Assembly (NCBI RefSeq): GCF_001194135.2
Contig: NC_068983.1
Location: 132,219,979-132,269,625, forward strand
Reading direction: 5' to 3'
Length of the DNA stretch: 49,647 bases
Origin: Octopus bimaculoides
Taxonomy: Eukaryota
Part shown: positions 1 to 12,820 of the stretch, piece after piece
How the letters are laid out: each line of letters opens with the position of its first letter
Numbering within the stretch: the first letter of the stretch is position 1
Notes under the pieces: generated by a model
Databases searched by the model: none
Told to the model about the DNA's origin: nothing
The model's input: the letters and a program-made list of their open reading frames with translations, nothing else
Translations under genes and position numbers: made by a program

Positions 1-410
1 GAATATGTTTTTGCCCCTCCCATGGACTGCACAGGGGGGATATGTTTTTCATTATTCTAACCAAATCGGCTATTAATATATTGATTTTCACACTGTGTGA
101 TAGAGCCGAATTCTTATGGATAACATACTTTGAAGATATAGGTTTCATATAATGTGAGTGGAGGATTTGAACTTTGTCATTAATTGTTTCTAGCCAAAGT
201 TATGTGTCAAGTACTGGGAGTCTTGTTTAGGTGTCTTGTTGGGTAATCTATTGTTACCTTGATGCTCTGGTGTATTGTATTAGCTATACTATGGATGTTT
301 TCCATCACGATCTTCTCGTTCTCTTCAGTCTGAATGTTTGATGGTGTTTTGACTACGATGTTAATGTCATCCACATATCTCCCGTATAGTTTGAGTGTTA
401 TTGAGTGTTC
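1..410 (-). mobile_element. Penelope-like element (PLE) reverse transcriptase relic, catalytic motif to thumb region
   Basis: Minus-strand translation gives LYGRYVDDINIV (YVDD motif, ~360-392) and IANTIHQSIKVTIDYP. After a frameshift it reads RLPVLD..ILHSHYMKPISSKYVIHKNSALSHSVKINILIADLVRIMKNIS, matching the PLE thumb pattern. It runs off the window edge. Confidence 0.85.
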
Positions 411-444
411 TACAATATATAATAATCTACAATATATAATATAT

Positions 445-1630
445 AAGCAAAGCTAGTTTCCTCGCATTTCCATTTCAATTATCATGCGAATGTGTGGTTT
501 TCTGGCAAGATGTCTGTTTCCTAACCAGAACTTTCAGGGCCTAGTTCCACTGCATGGCACATAGGGAAAGTGCTATAAACACGGGCTGAATAAGCTTTGT
601 GAGTGGTGAAGGTAGGCTTAAACTGACAGAAGCCTCTCGCATATGTATGTATTTAGTTATGTTTGTAATGGCGTTTGTCATAGTGACAAGGTTATCCGAT
701 TCTCGATCGTAAAGGCCGTCATTTCGAGTCCCGATGGCGAGTTGTGAACTTGAGCAAGCCACTTTATTTCACGTTGCTCAAGTCCACTTAGGTGGCAAAA
801 ATGAGTAGTACCCTATTTTAAGGCGGTAGCCTTGACACATTCTATATCACGCAGAATCTCCTTGTGAACTACTTTAAGTTATATATCTACATCTAGTTAT
901 TTGTATTTCAAGAGTTTCTCTGTTTTAGATAAATTGCTATCTGTTGGGACCGATTTGGCGATTAGAAAGTATCGTTTTTCTAGGTAGTCTATGACCACAA
1001 TATCTGACCTGTCTGTGTGTATTGGCATATCTAGATAATGTTTGCTTTGCCATTTCTGAGAACTTTTCTGTTTATACCATTAACTGTCGTTGTTAAACCA
1101 TAGTCTTGGATAGCTTCTAATGTCTTTGGATAGCTGTCATATCTTTCGCTTTATACCTTCTTAACCAGCAATGGGAAACCAGAAACAGTGTTTTTAATTG
1201 TTTCTTCCTCGACACAGCATATTTTGCAGTTACTTACTGTATGTAATCATTAAGTGTTTTTGCTGATTTTTTATAGGAAGGCTTTTAACTTGTGCTGCAA
1301 TTAAAAGCCCTTCTGTCTGATTTCAGTCCGGAGCTTTTCAACCATTGTTTGGATAGTACTTTGTCTATTTCTTTACTGTTTAGCTTATGCCAGTATTTGC
1401 TATGTAAATGCTTTTCTTTCCATCGGTTTACCAAGGTATTTTGTGGTTCCAAGTTTAGCGTAAATTTTACTTGCTTTAGACCTGTTGATGTGTTTTATCT
1501 TTCTCACTTAGTAGTCAGATATTCCAAAATCTTTCTTGTATTTCTCGGCTTCCTTGAAAACCAAAAGCAATTCTTTTGTTTTGCGCATGATCTGTGGCTC
1601 TTTGTGTCAGTTTTCCTTGAATCTTAGTGA
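445..1630 (-). mobile_element. Dong/R4-clade (RLE-type) non-LTR retrotransposon 3' portion, decayed, split by a SINE
   Basis: Minus strand reads RWKEKHLHSKY..IDKVLSKQWLKSSGLKS / EGLLIAAQ, a degenerate zinc knuckle CKICCVEEETI..VSG.PLL and the RLE motif RSDIVVIDYLEKRYFLIAKSVPTDSNLSK. Beyond the SINE it ends TYICERLLSV* (~618). Many stops and frameshifts. Confidence 0.8.
670..872 (+). mobile_element. tRNA-derived CORE-type SINE, 5' part, inserted into the Dong/R4 relic
   Basis: Decayed tRNA-like head (GGCGTTTGTCATAGTGACAAGG..ATTTCGAGTCCCG) followed by CORE-like CTTGAGCAAGCCACTTTATTTCACGTTGCTC. It interrupts the opposite-strand Dong ORF. Confidence 0.7.
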
Positions 1631-1724
1631 AATATATTTTCTACTGCTATAGTGTATATAGTAGCAGGGTTAAGAGAATTTCGGAGTTGCAGAAAAGTGA
1701 GACTTGACATTTCTCGCAAAATTA

Positions 1725-2890
1725 CGAGGGTCAGCTGAAAAGTGCATATGCTTTCAAAGATATTCCCATTGAATGTAACTAAATGAAGTATATTTGCGGT
1801 TCACATACATCTTCAATATTGCAGTGCTTGGATGCCATTGGAGAAGATTTCATCTTGCTTGTCAAAAAAGTCATCAACAGTATATACGACGTCACTATTA
1901 CTGGGATACATGCTCCCAGCCAAGTGCTTTTTCGGAAACAGATGATATAAAGATGGGATACAAATCAGTAGAATAGGTAGGGTGATCAACCAGTTCAAAG
2001 CCCCACAGTCAAGCACATCAGTTATTGCAATGTAGAACTTGTGTGCTTGAGAATTGTTCCGATGAAACAAGACACCCTTTCGTTAGTCTTCCTGGGCGTT
2101 TGATGTTGATATCCTTGCGTAAATGCCTCAAGAATTAATCATAATAGTCACCACTGATGCTGCTGGCATTTTAAAGCTTTGTATCCCCCAAAACTGACTA
2201 TCACCTTCCCTGCAGATAAAATGATATTCTCTTTCTTTGAAGTTTGTTCACTACATGAATTGTCTCTTTGTCTCAAGCTCAAATGGATGAACCCAAGGCA
2301 AATCCTGGGAAAGGAAATGGTTAGAGAAATTACATGGATCTGCCTAAAATAATGTCAGATTTTCCCGTGATGTGATGAGCCTGGTACGATTTTGATCAGG
2401 TGTTATTAGACGTGACACCCACTGAGCAGAAACCTTTGTCATGCCAAGTTTTTAGTGCAGAACATTCTCAATTCTCTCACGGGATAGACTAATTTCATTG
2501 GCTATTTGATTTATAGTCAATCGCCTGTCCTTCATTATAACGATCAATGTTTTTTCCTCGGTGGTGGCACCTGCGGGAAATCCATAACTTGAATCATCTT
2601 CAAATCTCTCACTTCTCTCCACAATTCAGCTGCCACGTTTGCACTGTTGATAAAGCTGAGGTAACAAACATGGCAGACTGATATCGTTAGGGTATAAACC
2701 CTTTTTCTGTAAATACACCACAATGACAAATTTTCTCAATTTTTGAAGTCTTCTTTGAACAGTGAAATGTCAGTTTACTTGGAAGAACCCAAAGTAGTTA
2801 TTAATAAGTGTTGGATTTAATTCAAGACAATTTTACCACCCAAATATCACTCATTCGAAGTCAGTGTGTGAACTTTTCAGCCCAGCCTCC
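1725..2890 (-). mobile_element. Mariner-family DNA transposon, near full length, transposase pseudogene on minus strand
   Basis: Left TIR TA|CGAGGGTCAGCTGAAAAGT (1723-1743) matches right ACTTTTCAGCCCAGCCTCC (2872-2890). Minus-strand fragments: DRRLTINQIANEI, LGMTKVSAQWVSRL (WVPRL motif), SAGKV, YHLFPKKHLAG, VDDFFDKQDE..NGIQALQ. Confidence 0.9.
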
Positions 2891-4874
2891 AAATACAGTA
2901 ACTTTCTTACTCTACACTCTTCTCTCTTTCACGAAATCCATTTGTTTAAAACAAAGCCATTGTACAAAACATAGCTTACCCAACCTATCCATCAACGTCA
3001 TATATCTGAATATGATTCACTGTGGATGTTTCCTGGATTGTGAAAAGAAACTGACTATTAACCGCGTTCCTATCCGTTATTTATTTCTACTTTCCATTAT
3101 TGAACGTTCTGAAGAGGTTGAAGATTGCTCCCAGCTTTTCATACTAACAAATGAAAATATAGAGAAGACTATATGCGTATTAATTCATCACACACTTGTG
3201 TTTCCTGCTGTGTAGTACACAATGCATTCATATTGAAATGATCGACACGAACTCACAGTCTGAAAATGAATATTATTGAAAATCTGATTATAGTTCATTC
3301 ATATTAACTTGATTGAATTCAGGAATCTTATTCATAAAAATATTATACTTTGAAGACAAATAGGATATTTTTGTGCTATCAATGTTGACAAATGTGTAGG
3401 AAATATAGCCAATACCATTGTAATGTTAAAAATCAATACTAAGACAGACTAAGAAAAATCAATATATTTTCGAGGCTCAAAATAGTTCTGAAAAGACAGA
3501 GCGTCTTGATCTTTGACTCCGAGATAGAAGTTGATTTAAAGAGCTGATATCGCAAAAATGGAACGAACATTATCCATAAATTACATATTTCATTAGACTA
3601 TTAGACGTTGCTCCTCCCCTATGTATCTATCTGGCTGTAGAAATATGCAAAATCAAAAACACTATGCCTCTCATTCATATGAAATCATGAGAGCTATACA
3701 ATCTGGATACTTTCTACAAAATAAATGTGCACACACTCTCTCTCGCACGCACACATTCATATATACGCACACACATTCTCGAATTTTTTACCTGCAGTAT
3801 TTAAAATATAAAGTCTATCATTCTCTTACCCGTGTTCATTCTGTTTTTAAAGGTGTTTTGAAAATATTTTATTCCTTAACTTAGATTATTAGCTTCTCTG
3901 GTTAGTAATATATTGAATGTATGGAGTGCAAATTTTGCATCCTTTGCTTCAAATTTTTAAGACTTCATTATATCATTATATACATTTGCACTTTATATTG
4001 GAAATAGTATCAAATAGGAGGAATGTCATACGTAATGCTGTATTGCAACATCATAAGATATATGAATATATATTTGAAATGTAACGCGTAATATATAATC
4101 ATAACTAAGTTGTAGTATCGTGTGAAAACCCAACAATATGTGTTGAACCATATATTTTCTTTCGAAATTTGCTAATAAGGTGATCAATAAAAATTCTTAT
4201 CTTCTTAGATTTTCATTTCCAAGATAATAAGCATTTTCTCCGAATTTTAAACATGCTGATAATTACCTGATATATTTTATGTATACTCAGTCCTAGAGAG
4301 TCATGTATACTGTCTAAAGAGGTGGAAAGTGGGATCAATAATTTAAAAATTGAATACGCAGTGTTTTCGGATATTTTGAAATGTAAGATCTAACTTTATT
4401 TAAAAGACGGAAAGTGTAGTTTGTTTGATTTGTTACCAGCACTACGCGGTGTTCATTAGCAAACTATAAAAATTTCCCACCAATAACATAGTCAACAAAC
4501 TGACAGGAAGAGGCGTTCTATGTTGCAGAGGAAAGCAAAATATTCAACAGAAAAGAAAACAATTACCATAGATAATGTTAGCAGTTTGAGTTATAAAGCA
4601 ATTCGATTTTCTGATATAAAATTCGTAATGATGCGGCGATATTTTCAATTAGAAAACATTGTAACGCATTACGATAGTTTTATTCTCATATTTTCCGAAT
4701 TTTCGATTACAGAATTTTATTTGTCCATTTGTCCATGAATGAAAGAAAAAAGATTGAAATTATGCTAGAGCAAACAACGATAGTGCAAGTTTCAACATGT
4801 GTGTGTGTGTGTGTGTATGTGTGTGTGTGTGTGTGTGTGTGCATGCGTGTGCGCGTTTGTGTATGAGGGTCAAA

Positions 4875-5078
4875 TTCTAGCACAAGACCGTCGAGTTTGG
4901 CGTCAGGTAGAAGTTTATTGCATTGACACCGATGTTCAGCTGGCACTTATTTTGTTGACACTGAAATCATGAACGGATAAGTTAACCAAGATCATATTAG
5001 AACTAAGAACGTAACGAAGGACAAAATGCCGCTAAGATATGTGCCCAGTGTTCTAGCGATTCTGCTAGCTCACCTCCT
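4875..5078 (-). mobile_element. tRNA-derived SINE (Meta-domain-like family), degenerate
   Basis: Aligns by eye with the copies at 10148-10341 and 14150-14347, including the GATTCTG(C/T)(C/T)AGCTCACC head end and AAATGCCGCTA. Confidence 0.65.
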
Positions 5079-5218
5079 TGCAAGTTACATACATTACTTA
5101 ATGACATTTTGATTCAGGTCTATTCAATTAAAAGTTTTCTAAGTTAACCAACCAACGAAACTTCGAGTTGAATGTGTGTGTATGTGTGTGTTTGTAAATG
5201 CATGTATATACATATACA

Positions 5219-6706
5219 CAGGGTGTCCCAAAATTACAGCAACCAACATTTTCGAGCTGGTCATGGACCAAGTGGAGTAGCAGGATACACAAGGACGGAA
5301 AGGGTCGCTGAAGAGGTAACAGATATGTGACAAAGGATATAAAGACAATGGATGTCAGTTAAAATACGAAATTAAATAAACGAGTGAAGAACGTATATAT
5401 AGTGCATGTGTTTCTTTGGGGAAAAAAATGACCATCCCGACATATAACAATATCTGTTTCAACACGCGGTTTCACATCAACAACGTTGCTATCCAAATTC
5501 ATTAACGTAAAAACGTTTTTCCAATTTTGCCAAAGCAAAATATTGTTATATTTCGGGTCCGAGCAATGCAATGGTAAAGTAAACACAATTAGAACACTAC
5601 CATATTTATTTGATATTACCACCAGTGTTTCGAACCACAGCCATAAGTCTAGGTGCTTCACACGCGGCACGCAGGTATTCTTGCGGAATCGAATCCCATT
5701 CCTGACACAGTTTTAGAGCATCGGGCGAAGAATGAGGTGTGTTCGAGATCCGCGTCTCCCAAATGGATCAAACGAGCTGAGATCGGAGTTTTTAAGGGCC
5801 ATACATTGTTGCCTATAAACGAGGGAATGTTTTTTTAACTAGTGTTGTGTCTGTTTGGAGCTGTGAGATGGTATCGATTCCTGTTTGCGGCTCCAAGATT
5901 CGCTTTGTAAGTGTTTATTCGCCCATGGACGCGGTTCAGCTTCCGAAATGTCTCAAATATATATCTGGGTTTTAATTTTAACACCTTGGGGGCTCACAAC
6001 CAAGGGGAGATCTTCGAGTAGCTGTCACAGCAGACCAAACCATTACTAACTGTGGAGTTTGACGTCGATTTACGAGTCTACTCTCGATGGAGTCAGATAT
6101 ACACTAAAGTCTGTCGTTCTGGTTCTTTACTCTCTGTTCGATGTCAGGTTTCTTTTCATCATTGAACACCATGTTGTACAGGGTGCCTTCAGCAATTTGA
6201 CGCAAGAAAAAACGACTTCTCTCCTGTATCATGCCCTTATAAACTTGCGTGGGCTCAATACGCTGGATCATCTTGTGTCCTGCGATCCTCATTCAACACT
6301 CGATACGTCGATGTTCGGCCTACTTTTGTATGGCAGCCAGTTTTCTGGCGGAATGACAGGATTTCACTGTAATTTTTCTCTGGTACTTTGGATTAGCTGA
6401 AAGGTCCGTACACTTCTTTTTCGGCCACGTCCAGGTCGATCAGACGTGGAAACAGTCTCTTCAAACTTTGTGACAATTTTTCAGACTGTTTTTGCTATAG
6501 CCGTATTCATTTCGCCTCCTTTGTAGAGGTTTATGATTGTATTTTGATCTATAGACATTAGCAAATTTATAAATCTGAATTTATTTTGACTAAAACATAA
6601 ACAAGACACACTAAGTTTTTATAACGACGTATAATCTTCATGTCTTATCACATTTATTGATAACTATTAAAGCCCGACACTTCGGTTGCCATAATTTTGG
6701 GACACC
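5219..6706 (-). mobile_element. Tc1/mariner element, maT (Bmmar1/DD37D)-like, near full length, decayed
   Basis: TIRs CAGGGTGTCCCAAAATTACAGCAACC (5219-5244) and GGTTGCCATAATTTTGGGACACC (6684-6706). Minus-strand fragments: DRPGRGRKRSVRT, VFNDEKK..IEQ..NQNDR, RRQTPQLVMVWSAVT, QGVKI, PSHSSKQTQH*L, VWPLK, EWDSIPQEYLRAACEA..MAVVRNTGGNIK*. The subfamily call rests on motif resemblance. Confidence 0.85.
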
Positions 6707-6823
6707 GAAGAGAACATTCTTATGGCTACCTAGCGTCATCCACAGTAAATGTACATTCATCGCTAGATTTGGTATACCCTGTGTTCCCAGAGTATACTGG
6801 AAACTTTATTTCCCAGTATATTT

Positions 6824-6863
<40 letters not shown>

Positions 6864-6871
6864 TTTGTGTG

Positions 6872-6907
<36 letters not shown>

Positions 6908-7249
6908 TAAGAACATATATAAACATGCATACCTAGATAGGGAGAGTGACTGAAAAATAAGAGAAGTTAGCAAATGCATATATAGTCCACAGTTGTATTT
7001 GTATATACGTGTGTGTGTGTGTGCGTGTGTGTGTCTAAGTCCGTCAATGTATATGTATGCGTGTATGTATGTATGTACTCTTCCGTATATAGTTTGATAA
7101 ACTTTGTGCACAAATACCTTCTTTACTGTCTAATCTTGCTTGAGATATCCAGTATTTTGACTTAATGTTTTCTTACCATGTATTTATAAATTATTTCCCA
7201 TATATTTACAAGATAATATGATGTATGACTAATTTGAGGCATAAGAACC

Positions 7250-7700
7250 AACTCCTGGGCAAACATATTGGAAAAGACCTCACACATCTCTATGATATGA
7301 AGATTTCTTCATGATTGTATTTGTCAATAGTTGAGCATATCAAATGAGAATATTGATTTCAGAAAGTTAACCTTTCTGCAAAAGTATTACTGAATATTTT
7401 TTAAATACCGTTCGTTATTCAACCGTAGTTACAGATCCAATTGACTCATATGCATAATGATTTTTTCAATTACCGAGTTTAAAGAAAAGATATGTTTGTT
7501 CCCTTCAATCTATTAGCAGTAATTTCACTACGGTGCAATTTTGCTAGTTTATTATCTAGAGAGAATTGCAGAATAATTTTCTTCTTGTCTATTCAACAAT
7601 TTCTTTTACTTTTCAAATGAGACCTGTTCACAATTATCCAACTCCTTCTCTGAATACTTCTGTTATTTGAAATGAAAGAAAGGCTTTCTGGAAATCCCTC
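7250..7700 (-). pseudogene. Possible PIF1-like helicase trace (Helitron/Helentron relic)
   Basis: In the expected order but across frameshifts: IAP/SEITANRLKGTNISFL (cf. APTGIAANLIKGTTIHSFL), SEINIL..AQLL (cf. DEISML) and GLFQ (cf. GDLFQ). No Walker A found. Confidence 0.3.
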
Positions 7701-9589
7701 TTGTTCAATGTATAAAATACGTCAAATGTGACGAAAGATAAAAACTAAGCAGTATCCGATATTACATATTTCAGTTCTCACAAGATTATTTTGGCAATAC
7801 TTTCTTACTAGTAATAACTTGCAGATATGTTTTAGCAACTAAATCGTTATAAATGGGAAATTTAGATTACTTTTATTCTCAATGACGTTGGATGATATTT
7901 TCCCTTTGGAGTCTTCGTAAAGATATTATTTTTCATTTTGTTTTCAATTCTTCTTTATTCTTTTGGGAAATTTATCTTTCTTTAATTTCAGGATTGAGAA
8001 AAAATATTTTAAATAATAAACCGATTTTAAGCATTTAATCACCAAGCAAATGTAAAAGAAATATCCTACTTGAGAACAACTTGTTTTCATATTATTTCTT
8101 TTTTATTTCTTAAACTTCTCCCTCTAAATATTTTCTATGTACTTCCAGTTTAAATGAGTTGCCCAATCTTAGATGTTTTTGTGTTTGTTTAAAGCATAAT
8201 GAAGCTTTCATATATTCCTTTCAATTACTTCCTAAAATGTTTTTATGGATGTATTTATGTATGGATGTATACTGTGTATCACTCAGTCGTGTAAGCAGAA
8301 ACATATATATTCCAGGTTCAACTTAGACATTATTTGGGTTGTAACACAGTTCGTCAATATTCGCAGGAAATTGTAGTGTGGTGAGAGAAGTGGATCTTAC
8401 CTTTCGTTTGAATGTTCGAAACAAATCTAACTTTACTGATGACATTCAGGGACAATATATTAGAAAACATCACGTTTGGCTTAGAAAACAATATTTCTGT
8501 TGTTAGTGTTGCTTTAGTTTAGATCCATTTTAATTCTCTGTGAAGCCCAATCTTTTCATTTTTCTTGTGAGAGCTAATTATTATTATTACATTATCTTAT
8601 AGGTTTCAGCATTTTAAAGCAATGAGTTTCGATTTCATATTTGTGTAACTGTGCTTTCGCAAGAGATGTGCAACTATATAGTTCCTTCCTCGATGTTGTT
8701 TTGCTTGGTAAAGCCTTTTAGATATAGTGTGCAATTTTACAAAAACAATTTCTTATATACTGGTCATAGCAATTACCAGCTCTGGTGGTTTTAATCAAAA
8801 CGAATTTTAAGAGAGCACAGGCTATGCCGAATTGAAATTGAACGAGAATGACTACAAAAATACCACAAATTGAGAACAAAGAAAGAGAATAATAGCCGTC
8901 TTACCTAAAACAACACGGAACTGCTTTCAATAGCAAATTGTTTTCAGCATCACTATGTATTTACACGATGAAGATTATGAAACCTTATAATACATTTGCA
9001 GTTAATTGTTTAAATAATCATTTGCTCATTTATTGTCACTACCTAAGCTTGTGTTTAGTCAAATTAATGAACATTAATTATTGTGTAAGAACGAGACGTA
9101 CAAATTGAAAAATGAGAGCAGCTTTAAAAATTGTGATAAAGAACAGTTACTAAAAGAATTATTCTTTAATGGAATAAATAGCAATTCATTTGGAATACAA
9201 CTCAGGATTTCTTATAATAGCAGTAAATACTATCCCTACGATATGTTCTGCCTCAATCAAACACATCATTTCGACTCATACGAACGGCCCATATGGAATA
9301 TTGAATATGTAAATATTAGCATAATAATTAGAGAGGAGTTTATTAGTCTGGAAAATTATAATCCTCAAGACTAGATCAAAATTTTAAAGCTATAAAAAGC
9401 AGAATGTTTTTAAATACACTATATAAATAAATAAATTATCAACACTTGACATTAACTGGGTACCGAAACATTCAAAATAACTGACGTCTAGATATTGGAG
9501 CAATCCACATAAACCATGACATGGCGCAAATAGTGGTAGCCAGAATTTTAATAATGATTTCAATTTTTTTGCAAACAGCTAGTGAAAAT

Positions 9590-9725
9590 TCTGGAACAAA
9601 AGCAATTTTGTTGGGCGGGTATCAGATGACACAATCGACCAAAGAACTTGTCTACTGATTCCTTTTCTCGACGCCAGGAGGATGAAAGTCAAACTTGAAT
9701 TCAAATGGATTTGATCTCATAACAC
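9590..9725 (-). mobile_element. Partial, very decayed copy of the Meta-domain-like SINE
   Basis: CGACGCCAGGAGGATGAAAGTCAAACTTGAATTCAAATGGATTTGATCTCATAAC resembles CGACCCCGAAAGGATGAAA..GAATT..AACTCTGAAC in the 14150 copy. Confidence 0.5.
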
Positions 9726-10147
9726 ACAATTTCTGCGAATCTAACAAACTTAGAAACAAACATTAACATCCTCCACAGCTAGTGTATACGGATTAAAGAG
9801 TCATATGCAAACTAATATGAGATTAATTTCAAAGAATCAAAATATTTGAAAAAAGAAATTAAGACTTAAAACAGAAATGTATCATAAAATAAAGGAACTC
9901 AACGTTCGAAGAAATACAATAATACATTTTTGACCCAATCTTTAACATTTCTGATAATTACTGCAGCTTCTGCATTTATTTGTGCACCTCTTTCATGATT
10001 CAATCAATTATATTTGATTATCTTAAGTATATATTATGGAAAGACTATATTATATTAAGGAAATATCTATATTTCATTTATGATGTCGAGTAAGCTCGAA
10101 ACGTTTAGAGTTGTCAGTTGCAGTTGAGACAACTACCGGTGTCAACT

Positions 10148-10341
10148 AAGGCCTGACATTTTCAGACAAGAGAACTTGTCGATTACATCAGCCCAAGTAT
10201 TCAAGCGCTATTTATTTTATCGATCCCGAAATCATAAAATCAATGTCCACTAGGAGAAATTTGAGCGGGGAACATAAGGACGGGCGGGATGCCGCTATGC
10301 ATTTTCTCCGATGTGCTAAAGATTCTGCCAGCTCACCGACT
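10148..10341 (-). mobile_element. tRNA-derived SINE (Meta-domain-like family)
   Basis: GTCGATTACATC..TTTTATCGATCCCGAAA..GATGCCGCTATGCATTT..GCTAAAGATTCTGCCAGCTCACC; same family as 4875 and 14150. Confidence 0.7.
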
Positions 10342-10414
10342 TGCACTTGATTAAAATAATTAAAATAACATGAAACATTAAGCAAAAGTGTCTTTCACAA
10401 CGGGTTGAATATTT

Positions 10415-10516
10415 AGGTGTAACTGTGTGAAGAAATCACAGGCACTTGGTTTCAGTCCCACGTTACGGCATGTTGGGTGTCTTCAGCTTGTGCAGGATAC
10501 ACAAACACACATATCC

Positions 10517-10575
<59 letters not shown>

Positions 10576-10815
10576 TTATGTTTGTGCTGTTTTCAAATCC
10601 CCTACCAACCACCACCACCACCACTGCCATCATTCTTGACAACCTGTGTTATTTTATTTTGTTTCCGGCAATTAAGTGATTCCGCAGAAACGACCGATAC
10701 AATAAAAAACAGCACTAAAAAAGAAGTATTAAAGTCCATTTGTTCGACTAAAGCCTTCTGTGTGGTGTCCCAACACATTCGCACTTCAATGGCTGAAACA
10801 AATAACAGATAAAAC
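10415..10815 (+). mobile_element. Degenerate OR-type CORE-SINE with an internal (GATA)n expansion
   Basis: Head GGTGTAACTGTGTG..TTCAGTCCCAC and tail TTGTTCGACTAAAG..GGTGTCCCAACA..GCTGAAACAAATAA match the better copy at 36093-36480. (GATA)n lies at 10517-10574. Confidence 0.6.
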
Positions 10816-11044
10816 ATAGTATGTAATCAATCATACCTAATCAATTATAGCTCCAAATACAAAAGAGAGTACTTTCGTAAGACAAAATTGCCTCAAATAT
10901 TTTCACTAGTATCGGACAAGTATCGTCATGTTGCTGAAGCCACCTTCTTAACTATTTCACTTTTTACAAGCTAACGATTGACCAGCTAGAAAGCTTTACA
11001 GATTACGTACTGTGGTTGATTTTGACTAATATGGCTTGTATATT

Positions 11045-11760
11045 TCTACTATAAGATATGCAGACGATACTGCTCAACATGCCAGGACTAAAACCGAACT
11101 ATATGATGTGAAAAGTTGAGTCAAGAAGGAATCAATATTCATAATCATTATCTCAACCATAAAAAATCAAAGGCTCATAGTGCATGAAATGTTTAAGAAT
11201 CAGGAAGCCCAAATCTTTGATTAAGCCACATTTAATAGAGAAAATAGGATTCGGTTATCCAAGGCAATAACGTCCATGGAATAGTTTAATAACATCTGGA
11301 ACAACAAAATTTTCCAATTAAATTAAAAGCAATACTAGTATGAGCGATCATTTGGTCAATAGGATGTTATTGTTGCAAAGCATGGACTCTACACATATTT
11401 ACAGAAAACAAAGTATAATCGATGCGTTTGTAATATTAGTATATAGGAGAATATAATAAGTTTCTTACAAGGACCATAAGACAAATGGATGGGTTTTACG
11501 ACTTGTAAGTTATAAACAATAGCACCTGAACATAGTGAAAAACCAAATTCTCATCTATTATGGCCACATTCGAAGAAGCATAGGTCTAGAAAATATTGTC
11601 ATGGAAATGGTAGTGGATCAAGAGGCAGGCAAAGAACACAGAGTATGGATAATATCACAAGCATGGTGAATGTGGCAAGGCAGTCGGGGAACTGACGCTT
11701 AAAGTTTTCTGCCAAAGTGTCATCAATGCGCTGCAGACGTACGGTACATGACGATGACTA
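11045..11760 (+). mobile_element. RTE-clade LINE, 5'-truncated 3' fragment
   Basis: RYADDTA (YADD, 11054-11074), RIRLSKAITSME*FNNIWNNK, CCKAWTL, YYGHIRRSIGLENIVME, GSRGRQRT. It ends in a ..CGGTACATGACGATGAC RTE-type 3' end. Confidence 0.8.
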
Positions 11761-12733
11761 GACTCTATATACATGTATCTGAATATAGTTAAATATACCG
11801 CTGTCTTCTTGAATGGCATCTTTAGTGGAATTTTATAAATGGGATATAGGCAATTAATGCGCTTGTATTTGTTTGTATGGGAGGGAGAAGATAAAATGAA
11901 GAAGAAAATATATCGGTGTGGTCATTGATTTCTTTTTATATTTCTTAGACTAAATTACTTTTAGTTTTGCCATATTTTGGCTTTAGTCCACTGAATGAAA
12001 CCGGTTAATAAACGTAAATGAAATGTAGATCAATATGCAGATTTATGTACATGCATAGAAATATACAAATACTTGTAAATATCTAAAATTATACAAATAT
12101 ATGAACATATACAATTATATTCAAACAGAAATGAATACAGATTTATTAGAGAGCTGGAGATTTCACTTTGTAATCAATACAGCTAGTAGCTAGTGTAGAC
12201 CTGCCAATTGCATTTACTTTAATGAAGAACACATGACGGATACTACAATTGTATATTTACTCTTATTTTTAACAAGATATTATCAAAGATAAATAAAGAA
12301 AATATATTGTCTGTGATAGCATATAAAACAAAGAAGTAAAGTTACAATCTGATTTCGAGAAAATAATATGAGTAATTACCATGTATTCTGTCCAGATATA
12401 GTTTTATTTAATACCTCATTTATACTTATCTGCTTGTTGCCTCTGGATCATTTCCAATGGCTTGAAACGCAATTACAAATATATTTCCCTCACTGGATAT
12501 TTTGTATTGAGAATCAACATAGAGATTGAGAATTGGAGAGGAAGAGATAACAAATTAATATAATATAGAAGGAAGTGTATCAACGGTTGAAAAAAAAAGA
12601 CATCAGGAATGGAAAATAAAGATGGAATGAAAGCCAGAGAGAGGCTCTTCAGGGAAACTGTAAAAGAAGGAATGCGTAAATCAATGATGAACTGCGAGGC
12701 ACAGCAAACGAGTTAAGGATGTAAAGCAACAGA

Positions 12734-12820
12734 GGAAGGAAGGAAGGAAGGAAGGAAGGAAGGAAGGAAGGAACGAACGAACGAACGAACGAACGAATGA
12801 ACGAACGAACGAACGAACGA
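12734..12820 (+). repeat. Compound (GGAA)n-(GAAC)n microsatellite in a purine-rich tract (~12650-13260)
   Basis: Directly visible; explains the ORFs at 12649 and 12681. Confidence 0.95.

Noticed and set aside
2808-3215. 135-aa ORF, and likewise the ORFs at 9081-9374 and 16869-17114
   Set aside because: No recognisable motif. The first overlaps the mariner TIR, and these lengths are compatible with chance.
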